Positions 46,540-54,620 of a stretch of DNA of 54,620 nucleotides are shown in pieces. The stretch lies in contig CAIQAL010000031.1 in NCBI GenBank assembly GCA_903869825.1, positions 1 through 54,620 of the forward strand. The letters are read 5' to 3'. The notes under the pieces were generated by a model. The model had not been told where the DNA came from. It searched no databases and was given only the letters and a program-made list of their open reading frames with translations. A program made the position numbers and the translations under genes. The DNA comes from an uncultured bacterium. Lineage in GTDB: Bacteria > Patescibacteriota > Minisyncoccia > Phycocordibacterales > UBA9973. How positions within the stretch are numbered: position 1 is the stretch's first letter; each line of letters starts with the position of its first letter.

Positions 46540-47799
46540 TTATTTTAGCATATTTTTTCGGCTTTTTGAACGATAGAATTTGATGGCGAAACGATGAGAT
46601 TCACTGTTGGCAAGTAGAATCTCCCTTTTGTACTGCCTGATTATTTTTTCCTCTCCAGTGATTGAACTTGCCTTATGTCGATCATCTTTAGTCACCGCTA
46701 CAACTGGAATTTTTAATTGATATTTGTTTAAAACCCTACTAGCCACATTTAATTGGGCCATACTACCATCCACCACCACGAGCGAAGGTAATCCCCATTC
46801 CAGGTGCCGAAATCTACGCGACATCACTTCTTCGAGCGCCCCCGTGTCGTTACTGCCACTTTGGGTTCTGATAATGAATTTCTTGTACTCTCTTTTCGCC
46901 ATTTCTCCGTCTTCAAGCACTGTCATCACTCCAACCATATTTTTGCCTGACATATGAGCTATATCATAAGCTTCTATTCGAATTAAGCCCCTTTTATTTT
47001 TTTGCTCCCGAGGGTTCCACCCCGTACTCGGGGAAGGGTGCAGATACGAAAAATTGGAAGAAGTGTAACTATTTTCATTTTTTATTAAAGCAATATCGTT
47101 AATATGTTCCAAGGCAAAAATTTTGTTTTTTATTTCGTGCGCTTTTTCAAATTCCTTTTTTTTTGCACATACCATCATCTCTTTTTTAAAGTTTTGAATT
47201 ATCTTTTTCTTTTTGCCTTGAAAAAATAATTTTAAATTTCTGATATTTTCTTTATACTCCAAAATCCCATCCGGGGTTAACCCAAGTTGGTGATAAAAGG
47301 TAATATTATTTTTCTTTGAAGACTGCGCATCAATATAAGGAAAAATACGTCGAATTATTTTCATCGCTTCTTTTAGCTGTCCCCCGTTTGTATAAGGACC
47401 GTAATTTGCTTGAAAATTTTCTTTTTTTAAATTCCTACCACGAACAATCATTATTTTAGGAATCTTATCTTTTGTAATGCAAACGTAATTCCAAGACTTA
47501 TCGTCTTTCTCTCGTACATTGTATTTCGGTAGATGTTTTTTTATCAGCTCTGCTTCAAGGATAAGTGCTTCCAAAACACTGTCCGTTTCTTGCCAGTCTA
47601 CCTTGTCTGCTTGGACGACCATATCCAAAATCATCGGCCCCCGAGTAACGATCAAATCTTTACTGAAGTAACTCCGAGTCCTGTCGCGCAAGGAAGTGGC
47701 TTTCCCAATGTAAAGAATAGTTTTCCCTTTTTTGAAGAAATACACTCCAGGCTTATCAGCCAACTTAAATTTTTTCAAGTCATATACTTGCATAACCAC
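46540..47799 (-). CDS. uvrC: Excinuclease ABC subunit C (compact, no C-terminal HhH)
   Basis: GIY-YIG (PGVY..YIGKA), UVR-like segment, RNase H-like EAYDIAH, VDG. Confidence 0.9.
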   Translation of the reverse strand: MVMQVYDLKKFKLADKPGVYFFKKGKTILYIGKATSLRDRTRSYFSKDLIVTRGPMILDMVVQADKVDWQETDSVLEALILEAELIKKHLPKYNVREKDDKSWNYVCITKDKIPKIMIVRGRNLKKENFQANYGPYTNGGQLKEAMKIIRRIFPYIDAQSSKKNNITFYHQLGLTPDGILEYKENIRNLKLFFQGKKKKIIQNFKKEMMVCAKKKEFEKAHEIKNKIFALEHINDIALIKNENSYTSSNFSYLHPSPSTGWNPREQKNKRGLIRIEAYDIAHMSGKNMVGVMTVLEDGEMAKREYKKFIIRTQSGSNDTGALEEVMSRRFRHLEWGLPSLVVVDGSMAQLNVASRVLNKYQLKIPVVAVTKDDRHKASSITGEEKIIRQYKREILLANSESHRFAIKFYRSKSRKNMLK

Positions 47800-47808
47800 A
47801 TTATAACT

Positions 47809-50403
47809 CTATTTACGTAGTTCTTTTTTTAAGTATTTTCCAGTATAACTTTTCGGATTATTTGCTACTTCTTCCGGAGTACCTTTTGCCACCAAACGCC
47901 CTCCGCTTTCTCCTCCTTCAGGCCCGATATCAATAATGTAATCAGAATTTTTTATGATATCCATATTGTGCTCAATCAAAACGACAGTATTTCCTTTGTC
48001 TACTAATTTATTCAAAACCTCCAAAAGTTTTGCTACATCATCATAATGCAGTCCAACTGTCGGTTCGTCGAGTAAATAAATAGTCTTTTCCAAATGAGGG
48101 CGGTAAAGTTCTGAAGAAATTTTTACTCGCTGGGCTTCTCCACCCGAAAGCGTCGTGGCAGATTGTCCAAGTTTGATATACCCCAAACCAACATCCATCA
48201 AAGTTCGGAGTCGGTCGTAAACTTCCGGAATATCTTCAAAGAATTTGATTGCTTCTTCCACCGTCATCTGGAGAACTTCAAAAACGTTCTTCTTTTTGTA
48301 TTTGATCGTCAAGGTTTCTTTATCAAATCTTTTTCCATTACAAACATCACAGGTAACATACACGGTAGGTAAAAAATGCATTTCAACCGCTATTTCCCCA
48401 TGGCCTTCACATGCTTCGCAGCGTCCACCTTTCACGTTAAAAGAAAAACGATTTGCTTTCCAACCTCGCAGTTTCGCTTCACTTGATGCAGCAAATAATT
48501 CCCGAATATGAGTAAACGAACCGGTGTAAGTAGCAATGTTTGAGCGAGGAGTGCGACCAATCGGAGATTGGTCAATCAAAATCGCCCGTGATAAATATTC
48601 TGTCCCAGTGAATGAGGCACAATTATAAATCTTGGCCGTTCGATATTTCCGGTCATAACGTCCTTGCAAATTTTTATACAAAATCTCATACATGAGAGAC
48701 GACTTTCCACTTCCAGACACTCCGGTAATGGTCACCATTTTACCAAGTGGAATTTCAACATCCATATTCTTTATATTAAAAACTTTCCCTCCGATAATTT
48801 TCAGTGCCCCTTTATTTTTATCCCGTCGATTATCGGGTACAGGAATTTTTGCTTCCCCTCGAAGATACGCCAAGGTGCGAGATTTGGAAGGATTCGTTTT
48901 GGCTGAAATCAAGTCATCCAAATAACCTGAAACAACTACTTCTCCGCCGTGAATCCCTGCTTTTGGACCAATGTCCACAATGTAATCCGAAGCAAAAATC
49001 GTGTCTTCGTCGTGTTCGACCACTAAAATAGTATTTCCTAAATCACGAAGATTGTGCAATGTTTTGATAAGTCGTTCATTATCCCGCTGGTGGAGCCCAA
49101 TTGTAGGCTCATCAAGCACATAAAGCGCCCCAACAAGCCTGGAACCCAATTGGCTGGCCAAACGGATACGTTGAGCTTCTCCACCCGAAAGAGTGCTCGC
49201 CTTTCGATCGAGCGAAAGATAATTGAGCCCAACATTTAACAAAAATTGAATCCGGGCCTCGATTTCTTTTATTACTACTTTTGAAATTTCTTTTTCCTGC
49301 TCCGTTAGTTTAAGTTCGATAAAAAAGTCTGCAACTTTTTCAATTGAAAGCCCGGTAATATTTACAATATTTATTTTGTCGCCCAAAAAAACATTTAAGG
49401 CTTCGGGTCGCAAGCGTGCACCGTGACAAACTTCACAAGTTTCATCTCCAAAAAAATCTTTCAGCCCAAGACCATTACAAGCAGGACAGGCACCGTATGG
49501 AGAATTAAAAGAAAAAAGTCTCGGCTCAATTTCCGGGAATGAAAAACCGTCGTTCGGGCAAGAAAATTTTGTCGACATTAAAAATTCTTCCTTCTCATTG
49601 AAGGATACTGTCACAAGTCCATCAGACTCGGCAATGGCAAGCTCTACTGCTTCGGAAAGTCGCATTCGGGCATCGTCTAAACTATCCTTGAATTCATGCA
49701 TTGAAAATGTATCGACTAGTAGATCAATATTGTGCTTTTTATTTTTAGAAAGCTCAATTCGGTCGCGTAAATTTTTCATTTCTCCATCCAGCCTTATTTT
49801 TTGAAAACCTTTATTGAGTGAATCATAAAGCAATTGATAGTATTCCCCTTTTCTGCCTCGGACCATCGGCGAAAAAATAGTCACCGGAGTTTCGTCAAAT
49901 TCGATTCCTAAAACTTTTCTTTTTCCTTTTGCTGAACCCTTGAGTGAAAAATGATCATTTATCTTATCAAAAATAAAATTCAAGATTTGTTCGTTGGAAA
50001 GTTTTTTTATTTCATCACCACACACCGGACAATGAGGTCGGCCGATACGGGCATAGAGCACCCGCAAGTAATCGTATATTTCAGTGATAGTCGCCACAGT
50101 CGAGCGAGGATTATTTGAACGAGATTTTTGGTCAATCGAAATCGCGGGAGAAAGTCCGGTGATTTCATCCACATCGGGCTTAGCCATTTGATTTAAAAAT
50201 TGACGAGCATAAGCGGACAAGCTTTCCACGTAACGCCTCTGACCCTCGGCAAAGATTGTATCAAAAGCAAGGGACGATTTCCCGGACCCTGATACTCCTG
50301 AAATTACCACCATTTTATTGCGAGGCATTTCCACATTGATATTCTTTAAGTTGTGGGTTCGGGCTCCTTTTACTATTAATTTGTCTACGTTTTTCTCTTT
50401 CAT
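47809..50403 (-). CDS. uvrA: Excinuclease ABC subunit A
   Basis: GARTHNLKN, two [17 protein letters not shown] twice, Zn fingers. Confidence 0.97.
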   Translation of the reverse strand: MKEKNVDKLIVKGARTHNLKNINVEMPRNKMVVISGVSGSGKSSLAFDTIFAEGQRRYVESLSAYARQFLNQMAKPDVDEITGLSPAISIDQKSRSNNPRSTVATITEIYDYLRVLYARIGRPHCPVCGDEIKKLSNEQILNFIFDKINDHFSLKGSAKGKRKVLGIEFDETPVTIFSPMVRGRKGEYYQLLYDSLNKGFQKIRLDGEMKNLRDRIELSKNKKHNIDLLVDTFSMHEFKDSLDDARMRLSEAVELAIAESDGLVTVSFNEKEEFLMSTKFSCPNDGFSFPEIEPRLFSFNSPYGACPACNGLGLKDFFGDETCEVCHGARLRPEALNVFLGDKINIVNITGLSIEKVADFFIELKLTEQEKEISKVVIKEIEARIQFLLNVGLNYLSLDRKASTLSGGEAQRIRLASQLGSRLVGALYVLDEPTIGLHQRDNERLIKTLHNLRDLGNTILVVEHDEDTIFASDYIVDIGPKAGIHGGEVVVSGYLDDLISAKTNPSKSRTLAYLRGEAKIPVPDNRRDKNKGALKIIGGKVFNIKNMDVEIPLGKMVTITGVSGSGKSSLMYEILYKNLQGRYDRKYRTAKIYNCASFTGTEYLSRAILIDQSPIGRTPRSNIATYTGSFTHIRELFAASSEAKLRGWKANRFSFNVKGGRCEACEGHGEIAVEMHFLPTVYVTCDVCNGKRFDKETLTIKYKKKNVFEVLQMTVEEAIKFFEDIPEVYDRLRTLMDVGLGYIKLGQSATTLSGGEAQRVKISSELYRPHLEKTIYLLDEPTVGLHYDDVAKLLEVLNKLVDKGNTVVLIEHNMDIIKNSDYIIDIGPEGGESGGRLVAKGTPEEVANNPKSYTGKYLKKELRK

Positions 50404-50511
50404 CCTTATATTACATATTACAACGAAATTTGCACCCCACTTCCTTATAGGGGGTGTAGCTCAATATTCAACTAACTATAGTATAGCACAAAAATCTTAA
50501 TTTGACAAAAA

Positions 50512-52605
50512 CTATTTATTTTCTCTTTCTGTTTTTTCTTTTAAGACGATAATTTCATCTCGTAGGATAGCGGCAGTTTCAAAATCAAGTTCTTTCACCG
50601 CACGAGACATTTCTTTTTCTTTCATTTTGATTATTTTTTCGTAAATCAGGTCATTCCATTCTTGGTCGGAAAGTTTACTTTTTGTCTTGCCATACTTTTT
50701 TTCTCTCGACATTGTCTTTCTAAAAAGTTCCACGTCGAGCCCAATCTCTGCCCGGACAGTTTTTTCATGCTTGTCTTCCAATTCTTCCGTGATGTCTTTT
50801 ATTTTTTTGATAATCGTTTTCGGAGTAATCCTATTCTTTTTATTGTAAGCCATCTGTATGGCACGGCGACGGTTAGTTTCGCTTATGGCATATTCCATTG
50901 AGCCGGTCATGTGGTCGGCATACAAAATAACTTTTCCCTCCACGTTTCGGGCCGCTCGCCCAATAGTCTGGACCAAAGAAGTATTACTACGCAAAAATCC
51001 TTCCTTGTCGGCATCTAGAATTCCAATCAAAGCAACTTCCGGCAAGTCTAATCCTTCTCTGAGTAAATTTACTCCCACTAAAATATCAATCTCCCCTTTT
51101 CGGAGTTGAGTCAAAATTTGAATTCTTTCAATTGTTTTTACTTCACTGTGCAAATATTCCGCTTTGATTCCTTTATCTTTCAAATACACCGATAAATCTT
51201 CTGCCATTCTTTTGGTTAGAGTAGTGGTCAACACCCGAAAACCTTTTTTAATTGTTCGTTCTGCTTCGGCTATAAAATCCTGAACTTGGCCAGGATAAGG
51301 ATTCCCGCTGTTCACTTCAGCGCTTACCGGCCGCACAATTACCTCCGGATCAATCAAACCAGTAGGTCGAATTATCTGCTCTACGATTCGACCGCTTTCT
51401 TTTCTTTCTTCATCGGCCGGAGTGGCCGAGGTATAAATTACTTGCCCAATTCGTTCTTCAAACTCAGGGTATTTTAGAGGTCGATTGTCTTTCGCGCTTG
51501 GTAATCTAAAACCAAACTCCACCAAAGTTTTCTTTCGAGAGGCATCACCCGCATACATTCCACGAAGTTGAGGCAGGGTCACATGCGATTCATCAATAAT
51601 AGTTAGAAAATCTTTTTTAAAATAGGACAATAATGTTTCAGGTGGTTCACCTTCCGCTTTCCCGGATAAATGTCTCGAGTAGTTTTCAATACCACTACAA
51701 TAACCCACTTCTCGAATCATCGCCAAATCATAATTTGTTCTTCTTTTAATTCTCTCTGCTTCTAATAATTTTCCTTCTTTCTCAAACTTTTTCAATTGTT
51801 GATTCAGTTCGGCCCGAATTAATTTTAACGCACGATTCTTTTGACCCTCTTCGGTGATGAAATGTTTTGCCGGGAAAAGATAAATATTTTCCTCTTCTTT
51901 TAGTACCAGTGAAGAAACCGGATCTACTTTCGCAATTCTTGAAACCTTATTCCCAAGAAATTCTATTTGGTATACAAATGTTTCGGAAATAGGCATCACC
52001 TCAATCTTTTGTCCAATTGAACGAAAAGTACCCGGATTAATATCAGCATTGGTTCTTTCAAAATGAATTTCAATTAATTTTTTCATCAAAGGAACTCGAC
52101 CTATCTCCATTCCAATCGCCATTTTCAAATTTACTTTTTCGTATTCTTCCGGAGACCCGAGCCCATATATACAAGAAACTGAAGCAACAATAATCACATC
52201 TCGCCTCATAAGTAAGGCTTGAGTTGAGGCATGGCGTAAGCGGTCTATTTCTTTATTAATTTGAGAATCTTTTTCAATATAAGTGTCGGTTATTGGTAAA
52301 TATGCCTCTGGCTGATAATAATCATAATAGGAAACAAAGTAATGCACAGCTGCATCAGGAAAAAATTCCCGAAACTCTTGAGCCAATTGCGCTGCCAGAG
52401 TTTTATTGTGGGCAATGACTAGGGTTGGCTTGTTATATGAGGCAATTACATTTGCCATGGTAAAAGTCTTCCCAGTTCCGGTAGCTCCAAGTAGAGTTTG
52501 TTTCCTTATCCCTTTTTCTAGACCTTGAAGGAGCTCCGAAATAGCCTTCGGCTGGTCTCCTTCCGGTTTAAAGTCACTTTTAATTTTGAAAATTTTTCTA
52601 TCCAT
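50512..52605 (-). CDS. uvrB: Excinuclease ABC subunit B
   Basis: GDQPKAI, GATGTGKT, YYDYYQPEAY, DESH, GRAARN, UVR domain. Confidence 0.97.
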   Translation of the reverse strand: MDRKIFKIKSDFKPEGDQPKAISELLQGLEKGIRKQTLLGATGTGKTFTMANVIASYNKPTLVIAHNKTLAAQLAQEFREFFPDAAVHYFVSYYDYYQPEAYLPITDTYIEKDSQINKEIDRLRHASTQALLMRRDVIIVASVSCIYGLGSPEEYEKVNLKMAIGMEIGRVPLMKKLIEIHFERTNADINPGTFRSIGQKIEVMPISETFVYQIEFLGNKVSRIAKVDPVSSLVLKEEENIYLFPAKHFITEEGQKNRALKLIRAELNQQLKKFEKEGKLLEAERIKRRTNYDLAMIREVGYCSGIENYSRHLSGKAEGEPPETLLSYFKKDFLTIIDESHVTLPQLRGMYAGDASRKKTLVEFGFRLPSAKDNRPLKYPEFEERIGQVIYTSATPADEERKESGRIVEQIIRPTGLIDPEVIVRPVSAEVNSGNPYPGQVQDFIAEAERTIKKGFRVLTTTLTKRMAEDLSVYLKDKGIKAEYLHSEVKTIERIQILTQLRKGEIDILVGVNLLREGLDLPEVALIGILDADKEGFLRSNTSLVQTIGRAARNVEGKVILYADHMTGSMEYAISETNRRRAIQMAYNKKNRITPKTIIKKIKDITEELEDKHEKTVRAEIGLDVELFRKTMSREKKYGKTKSKLSDQEWNDLIYEKIIKMKEKEMSRAVKELDFETAAILRDEIIVLKEKTERENK

Positions 52606-52695
52606 AGGTTGTACTAATTAAGAGTACTACATTTTTAAAAAATACAAAATTTCCAACATATTGTTGTAAAGGATGGACACGCCATTCGGGACAAA

Positions 52696-52770
52696 CAAAA
52701 AACGCCCGAAGGCGTTTCTTGCGGCACTTATGTTGTTCACGATTAATGCGAGTCTTACCTCACACTCACA
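52696..52770 (-). ncRNA. Candidate ~75-nt small RNA or attenuator upstream of uvrB
   Basis: TTGCTT-17-TATACT (52776-52804), internal hairpin, C(UUCG)G terminator with U-tract. Confidence 0.4.
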
Positions 52771-52823
52771 AGTAGAGTATAGCATACTTAAAATAAAAAA
52801 GCAAGCTTTTCTTCTAAATACAG

Positions 52824-52852
52824 AAAAATCCTCTCTTTAGGAGAGGATTTTT
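52824..52852 (-). terminator. rnpB terminator
   Basis: aaaaatcctctc-tttag-gagaggattttt. Confidence 0.75.
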
Positions 52853-52858
52853 CATTTT

Positions 52859-53218
52859 TTATCTTGTGTCTATAAGCCGAATTCTGTTTCTCACAAAGTG
52901 AGAGATAACCATTTATCTAGGCCCTCAATTACTTGTGGGCTCAAGCGATTCTTCCCTCGATTGCTCTTGGGACACGATCTTGCACAGAGGTAAGGATTTA
53001 GCCGTTTCATATCCTATATTACTATAAGACTCACTCAAAGATTTCTCTTTGAGTGGCCTAAACTTTTCAATTTAAGCCGTCTCTGTTCGCACCTCAAGGA
53101 TTGCTCCCGACGGGCGTTACCCGCTACCATTCCCATCCCGATATAAATCAGGACTCGCTGTGTTCGGACTTTCCTCCCCATAACGAAAATTATAGGGTAG
53201 TTACCCAACACAAGACAA
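52859..53218 (-). ncRNA. rnpB: RNase P RNA
   Basis: Minus strand has GAGGAAAGTCCGAAC and ACAGAATTCGGCTTATA; P1 pairing ttgtcttgtgtt / gacacaagataa. Confidence 0.93.
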
Positions 53219-53310
53219 TATAGTTATAAAATAAAAACATAAAAATAGCAAATAAAAAAAAGCCGGATCTTTTTAGATCGCGGCTTAAAATTCTTTATCA
53301 TCAAGAAAAT

Positions 53311-54189
53311 CTATCTTACAATAAATTTTCTTGCTAAGTTTCTGCTCTTCCAAATGTATACGCCAGGGCGTATGTTTTTAAACAACGTGGAAATTTCGTA
53401 GACCTCATTTCTGGTCAAGTTTCTGGTTGCTATCCCATTTGAAATCAAAACTCCTGTGAGAGAGTATGCCTTAATCGGTTCTCCCGATATAATAACTGCC
53501 GATTCTGATTTTTGTTGAATGTTGTCTATAATAAGTTCAGTGGTAAAAGTTACCACGGGACTTGTCAACACAACGGGATAATAGAACAACACATCTAACT
53601 GATAGGTTGTCCCCGGTAACAATCCAGTTATTAACAGACTTGTAGTGTCAGTTCCGGCAGTTACATGACGAGGACCGGTGTTGTTATCGTTCACGTTCAC
53701 TCCGTAGTTATATCTGTAGTAAAACAGTGAGTCTCCAACAGCATTGTAGTAATGCATGTGTATTCTCACTGAGCTAATTTCCACAATTGACACGGAGTCA
53801 ATCCGGACCGAATCAATTGTTGGGAAGAGAGGAACTGATAAGGTCGCAAACGTTGCTGTTTCACTTTCAAGCGAAGAACCCAAAAAGTGAGTTTTTAAAA
53901 AATAAGTTGTATTGGCTTCAAGTGCCAACAAATGTATATTTATTGTATCAAGACCCTGAGGGGCCAGATGTTGGGTGGATACGTTGGTAAAACCAACCGT
54001 TGCTTTGCCGTACTCGACAAAGAAGGAAGCCGTGTCAGTAATCGAATTCCGCGTGTACACAACAGCAGAATTGGTAGTTGTGGTAACGGAATCAACAAGA
54101 GAAACTCCAACCAAAGAGTCGCAATTCTGGGCGCTTAATCCAGACAACATAGCCAAGAAGGCTATTGTAAGCACGTAAAACTTTTTCAT
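53311..54189 (-). CDS. Secreted protein with two FN3-like domains and a T9SS-CTD-like tail
   Basis: Signal peptide; LEANTTY and LLPGTTY; ends YSLTG...PGVYIWK...RKFIVR. Confidence 0.8.
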   Translation of the reverse strand: MKKFYVLTIAFLAMLSGLSAQNCDSLVGVSLVDSVTTTTNSAVVYTRNSITDTASFFVEYGKATVGFTNVSTQHLAPQGLDTINIHLLALEANTTYFLKTHFLGSSLESETATFATLSVPLFPTIDSVRIDSVSIVEISSVRIHMHYYNAVGDSLFYYRYNYGVNVNDNNTGPRHVTAGTDTTSLLITGLLPGTTYQLDVLFYYPVVLTSPVVTFTTELIIDNIQQKSESAVIISGEPIKAYSLTGVLISNGIATRNLTRNEVYEISTLFKNIRPGVYIWKSRNLARKFIVR

Positions 54190-54361
54190 GTTTTATTTGA
54201 TTTGGTGGTTATTTTTTTTTCAGAGAATATTACTATGGTAGAGTATCATATTAACCCTTATTTGTCAACCTAATACTTGACTTTTAGATATTGATATGAT
54301 AAAATACCCTATATAACTAAATACGAGTAGAATGACCTTATAAAATAAGCTAAAAACACAA

Positions 54362-54620
54362 ATGAAAACAAATATCAAAAAATTAATATTGCGAGCAACA
54401 ATTTTAGGATTTTTTATAATTCCAACCGCTTTTGCAATGGCAACTGTAAATCCAAAACCGCTACCAATTGCTATTTCCACCTCCCCTTTGATCGTCACTG
54501 CCTCCGCAACCCAGATAACTCAAACTGGAGCTACATTGACCGGATCTGTAAATCCAAAAGGAGCACAGACTCAAGCTTGGTTTGAAACACCAACTAGTGG
54601 TGTCTTAGGTTTACAAACTA
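54362..54620 (+). CDS. Secreted FN3-like surface protein, truncated by the window end
   Basis: MKTNIKKLILRATILGFFIIPTAFA...ATQITQTGATLTGSVNPKG..AWFE. Confidence 0.75.
   Translation, partial: MKTNIKKLILRATILGFFIIPTAFAMATVNPKPLPIAISTSPLIVTASATQITQTGATLTGSVNPKGAQTQAWFETPTSGVLGLQT

Noticed and set aside
54265-54498. 77-aa minus-strand ORF
   Set aside because: Antisense to the secreted protein starting at 54362.
1-54620. Additional VR copies or genome-wide stop-codon recoding
   Set aside because: No second TR-like sequence seen in the window, and core genes translate intact with code 11.

Overview
AT-rich bacterial chromosome window that looks like Patescibacteria/CPR (Parcubacteria-type), judging by the split transketolase, short UvrC, apparently leaderless genes and typical small hypothetical proteins. 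The housekeeping backbone includes a PAS two-component pair, a MacAB/LolCDE-like ABC exporter, pentose-phosphate/glycolysis genes, rsmE-dnaE, pth-lepB-hisS-def-fmt, GH130-like genes, a CDF transporter, large surface proteins, tal-pgi-uvrCAB, RNase P RNA and two tRNAs. The highlight is a ~3.9 kb decayed element integrated at tRNA-Ala (36247-40145) that carries a complete diversity-generating retroelement (DGR): RT, Avd-like gene, a 124-bp template repeat and a target gene whose variable repeat has 16 substitutions, all at template adenines. The architecture is atypical in four ways: (1) avd is inverted and antisense to TR and RT; (2) avd's likely ATG is out of frame across a C11 run followed directly by an 11-bp hairpin, a possible slippage or phase switch; (3) the cassette is bracketed by two copies of the palindrome TTACTGCAC-N3-GTGCAGTAA; (4) the att site splits the recombinase C-terminus. 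A second, truncated serine recombinase sits at tRNA-Asn. Other oddities are in-frame palindromic insertions in fmt and uvrC, boxA-like leaders with long hairpins on orphan genes, a candidate sRNA before uvrB, and a T9SS-like C-terminal tail in a CPR protein.
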